NCBI GenBank assembly: GCA_013265495.1
Contig: MU061814.1
Location: 4,728,500-4,792,499 of the forward strand
Length of the DNA stretch: 64,000 nucleotides
Direction of reading: 5' to 3'
Origin: Vicugna vicugna
Taxonomy: Eukaryota
Each line of letters starts with the position of its first letter. Position 1 is the stretch's first letter. The notes under the pieces were generated by a model, which ran no database searches, was not told the origin of the DNA, and saw only the letters and a program-made list of their open reading frames with translations. Both the position numbers and the translations under genes were made by a program. Positions 59,671 through 64,000 of the stretch are shown one piece after another.

Positions 59671-60159
59671 CTGTGTCTCTGAGATGGTTTCTCTTCAGTG
59701 TCCTCTGAGAGCAGCAGCCCCCCGTGGTCCCATGAGGAGGCTGTGACTCGATGACCAAGGAGAGAAAGATCGGAGGAGTGACTTGGTGCTGCAGGAGTGA
59801 CCTCGTGCTGCGGTCCCGCACAGGATACTTCCCTCCCTCTTCTCTGGTCAAGTCCCTCCCTTAGCTGTTGTCTGCGTCCTCTTGTGTTTCCCGCTTCGGC
59901 CCTGCAGTGGCGGCTGGTCCCTGGAGGCGAGGTCTGGGGTGAGGTTTGACGGCTCCGATCGCATCTGCCCGGCCCTCTGGCCCTGGGTATCCCTCCTTCC
60001 TGCCTGTGGTCAGACGGGCAGAGACCCAGCGGTGAGGCCACGGGGTCTTGGGCAAAGGCTCCGAGCAGGATCTCCCCGTCTGCTTCGAGCACAGCCCGCG
60101 TGGGGCTGAGGGCACTTAGGGTGCCTCATCCCCCAGCGGCCTGGTGGGAATGGTGAACT

Positions 60160-60345
60160 GAGGCCCTTACGCGGTTCCGGGGGAGATGACATTCTGGGCA
60201 CTGCATCATCAGACAACAGAAACACATCCTCTCCCAGCTCTGGAGGCGAGAGGTCCAAACCAGTGTGGGCAGTGCTGGCTCCTCCGGGGGTCGTGGAGTA
60301 AGCACCTCCTGTGCCTCTTCCTGCTTCGGTGTCCAGCGGGGAGGG
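60160..60345 (-). mobile_element. MaLR LTR fragment (MLT1C/D/E-like)
   Basis: gacaacagaaacacatcctctcccagctctggaggcgagaggtccaaaccagtgtgggcag...ctgtgcctcttcctgcttcggtg. Confidence 0.75.
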
Positions 60346-61089
60346 CGGCTGTGGGGCAGGGTGTGTGTTCTATACACCGGGGCGGGGAAGGCCTTGCTGA
60401 CGGAGTAAGCAGAGCGTCGGGGCAGGCAAAACAGCCCTGCGTCAGCCCTGGGGTGAGGCCCGGCCTTCGAGGAGCAGCAAGGGGTCCTGTGTCCGCAGCA
60501 AAGCGGGCGAGAGTGGGGCCAGCGGAGCCGCCACCTGCTCCTGGGACTGGGGGCCTGCGGGCCTCCGCTTCTGCCACAGCGCGCAGACAGTTTTCACAGA
60601 GGGGCGGGTGGCCAGCTCAGCTACCACCTGCGAGCCCAGGAGGGTGGGCGGGGGGTGCAGAGCCTGCACCCAGTGCCTCTCGGTCCCGGTCTCTCCTGGC
60701 TCCACCGGCCTGGGTCCCCAGATGGGCCTCGTGGGCTGGACCTAGACAGTCACAGATGGACCTTCAAAAATACAGTTATGTTTAGGACTCATTCCTATTT
60801 ATGGCAGGCGATGCTGACTTGCCATTCATAGCAGAGGCACAAACTGCTTTTAAATTTGTTTATGAAAGTGCAGGAAAGTCTTTGCTGTAAGGTATAGCCT
60901 GAAGACAGGACTGGATGGGCAGGGAGTTTGGCCCCAGAGAGTGAGGGAACCTCCACCGTGACGCCCTGACCGAGGCCACGGGAGTCGGGCCCGGAGTCTG
61001 TCCTCAACCACGGGGCCTCTGGTCCTCCCACTGCTCTTCCTGTGATAATGTCCCTCACAAAACGAATGACAGTAAGAGGCAGTGGCAGA

Positions 61090-61480
61090 GGGCAGAAAGC
61101 AGCCCCAACAGGGCCAAACAGAAAAAGGGGAATTACTGGCTTGTGTAACTGAACACAAAGGACTGCTTCAGGCCTAGCTGGATCCAGGTGCTCGAAGGGG
61201 CTCCAGGACTCGCCTCCCTGGTCCTCATCTCAGCTGTTTCCCTTGTTGGTAGTGTTTTCAGGGAGGCCCTTCCCACGCTGCACCCAGGATGTCCTTGCCC
61301 CGACGGCCTCCCAGACTGTGCCCCCCAGTTCAGCAGCCACGAAGGGAGAGAGCCCTGCCTCCCAGCAGGTCCAACCATCAGCGCAGCTTGAGGCCCTTGG
61401 CCATCCCAGTACCAATGACAGGACCTGGGAAACAGGTGTTGCTGACTGACCAGGCCTGGGCCACATGAGCCTCTGCAGGT
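61090..61480 (-). mobile_element. MaLR LTR relic (MLT1K/L-like)
   Basis: gggccaaacagaaaaaggggaattactggcttgtgtaactgaa...cttcaggcctagctggatccagg...ctgactgaccaggcctgggccacatg. Confidence 0.7.
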
Positions 61481-62544
61481 GGACAGTGGGTTCCACCCCA
61501 CCCCAGCCCCATGGCCGGAGGGAGGCCAAGGGATGCAGAAGACTGGGGATGGACGTTCCAATCAAGGGCCACTCACTGAACCAGCCCAGTGCCAGCAGCA
61601 GCCCAGGCAGCCTCTGGTCTCACAGAAGGCCCGGCCTGTGGGGACGGGAACTTCGGGTCCCCAGCGCTCGCGGCCCCGCCCCCGGCACGCAGCTCCGCAG
61701 GCCGGGGCGCATCAGCCTGGAGGTGTCTCAGCCAACTCCCTAATGCTGCCCACAGGGAGAGGGGGGCGGGCCTTGCCTGAGGCCACAGCCGGACAGCGGC
61801 AGTGCTGGCCTGGCCTCGGGTGCTCACCACCCAGGGCCCTTCCCTGCACCCAGGCGCCAGGGGGAGGGAGGGGCGCGGCTCCTCCACAACCCCGTCCCAG
61901 AGGCCTCGGACCGTCTGCCGGGTGTGGACTGGCAGGCGAATCCTGACCGTGCAGGCGTCGGGGCCGCCAGTTAAGGATGGCGCTGGCGTGCTCTTGGTTG
62001 CTGTCCATCCCAGGTTCAGAAAGGCACGCACTAGCGTCTCGGCCGGTGTCGCCGCCTGGGCAGCACGGAGCCGCCTGCGTCTCACCCGTCACAAAGGCCT
62101 GAAGGCAGCGAGCCGCGTCAGGAATCCCAGCGGCCACTCCCCGGGCCCCGGTTCGCTGTGTGCATGGGGAGCGCGTGCGACTCGTGGCCCCATCTGCAGG
62201 GCGGGGCAGGGGCAGGGCCAGGTGCCCGCGACCTCACAGCAGCCACACTGGCCACCGAAGCAGCGAGCACGAAGGCGCCCCCCAGCCCAGGACAGTCGCC
62301 GGGCTTCTCCCCTCAGCCGCCCCAACAGCGCCAGCCGCTCAGTCTCCTCCGCGCCCCGCCCGTGCTCCCAGCTTCTCCCTGGTGAGCCCCACGCTCTTCG
62401 TTCAAGAACCAGCTCTGATGGCGCCGCCAGGGGAAACCCCTCCCCTCTCCCCGAGTTCCTGTATCGCGTGAACAGGTGCGAGGACCGCAGCCACCTCACT
62501 GGGTGGTTGTGATCCACCTGACAAAGGCGGGTCTCCATAAACGA

Positions 62545-62612
62545 AGGACGGATGGTAGATGGATGGGTGGGTGGGCGGGTGGGTGGATGAGGGAGAGAGG
62601 AAGGGGGGAGGC
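62545..62612. repeat. GGAT/GGGT tetranucleotide-type G-rich repeat
   Basis: ggacggatggtagatggatgggtgggtgggcgggtgggtggatgagggagagaggaaggggggg. Confidence 0.8.
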
Positions 62613-64000
62613 AAGGGTTAATCTTTTGTGAGAAAGCTTTCATAATATGACGTAGCACCCAAGCAACTGTAAGCTGTTTCTACGGTTTTTCATGTCTCCT
62701 GGGAGCACTGTCCACCCACACTCACATATGTCAGCTGCTCCAGGCGGCGTCACCCACCCGATTCACTCAGCCAGCGCCAACTGTGTGCCTGCCACGCACT
62801 GGTACCAGTTCCAGGCAGGGGTTCCAGGAACCCAGCATGAGCAAGAGGCCAACCTCAGGATGCTCTGCATCTCCCAGGAGAGTCAGGTCAATGTTTGTTG
62901 AGTGACTGTCGGAGGGGTAAATCCCAGGACTGGGGGGCTGGGAGGAGCGGATCCATTCTGCCTTGGCGGTGGGGAGGCTCCCCCGGAGACACGACCACAG
63001 CTGATTCGTGGCCGTGGGAACAGTGGAATGGGGGCCAGGATGGGATGGGGCAGCCCCCAGGGTGGGCTGTGTTGGGCAGGGGAGGGGAGACGTGCTTTCC
63101 TGTCCACCGTTTCCGGGACGTGGTGCTGCCCCGGCCCACGGACTGCCACTTGGGGCCGGGCCGGCTGGATGGCTGCTCCAGCCTGGGCTGGGCACATTCG
63201 TGCATCTGACATCAGCTCCCAGGCCGGCTTGGGGGCGCTGGGGGGCAGAGATGGAGAGTGAAGGCAGGCGGAGGGAGGGACAGAGGGGTGAGTGGAGGGA
63301 GGAGAGAGGGACAGTCCGTCTGCAGTGAGAAGTCCCTTGGAGCCTGTTCCACTGAAGCACAGGGCTGGGAAGTTGGGCTTTTCCCTGAAGCTCCCGGAGG
63401 AGCAGCACTTGGGATAATTCATCCCCTGGAGGCATTTCAGAAGGTCCCTTTCTGCCCTGGACTCCAGAATCCTCCCTCCCTAACGGTGCCGGGTTGGGGG
63501 GGGGCTGTGGTCCCAGGAGAGAGGTGCCCACCAGGCCTGTCCTACCTGTCACAGCGCAGCTCCTGGGGCCCTGGCTCAGAGCAGCTGTGCGGACAGGCCG
63601 CCTCTACTGGCTCGGGGCTCCCACACCCGAGGACTCCGGGCAAGGCTTGGATGGAGGAGGGCGGGGAGGCTCCTTTGGTGCCTTCCTCTCCCACCCAGGT
63701 TCACTTGCGTCTTAAAGCTCACACCTGCGTCTGGACAGCCGCCGCTCCTCCCAGGCCGCGGTCGGACACGAAGGTGCTTGCATCTGTGCACTGCAAAGAG
63801 GGAGGAGAGGCTCGTCTTTCCTTTTCCTGCTTGAATTTCTGGCCTGCAGCTGAACTTGACCCGGAGCATGCTAAAGAAAGGAAGTTTTCCAGATACACGT
63901 GTGTGGGGTTGTCTCTCTGGCAAACTGTCCATCCCTGGTTTTGCAACCCCATGGCGGTGCTGTGTGGTCCCGCATCCCCCCTCCTTCCTGCCTTGATCTA

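Overview
Mammalian genomic DNA, very GC- and CpG-rich, from the interior of the R-cadherin gene CDH4 (+ strand). A tRNA-Ala-derived SINE and L1 3' ends of a type I associate with camelids suggest camel, alpaca or llama. Three coding exons are present, numbered by analogy with human CDH4: exon 5 (31487-31642, complete), exon 6 (starts 34628 with the LRAHAV motif, the rest hidden in an N gap) and exon 7 (47460-47632, complete). Together they encode most of EC1 and the first part of EC2. The rest is intron, containing old L1, L2, MIR, MaLR/ERV LTR and hAT relics, simple repeats, three N gaps and a few CpG-island-like patches. The many other ORFs in the six-frame track are GC-content artefacts. 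I found no convincing new gene or multi-gene system. The best leads are regulatory, splicing or evolutionary: a 36-nt in-frame microexon or recursive-splice candidate in intron 4, AT-rich homeodomain/POU-motif islands that look like constrained enhancers, intragenic promoter-like CpG patches (one with GC boxes and an NRF1 site), a strong AT-to-GC drift in repeat relics, and a twin-primed (5'-inverted) L1. Repeat boundaries are approximate, and repeat family names come from recalled consensus sequences rather than a database search.
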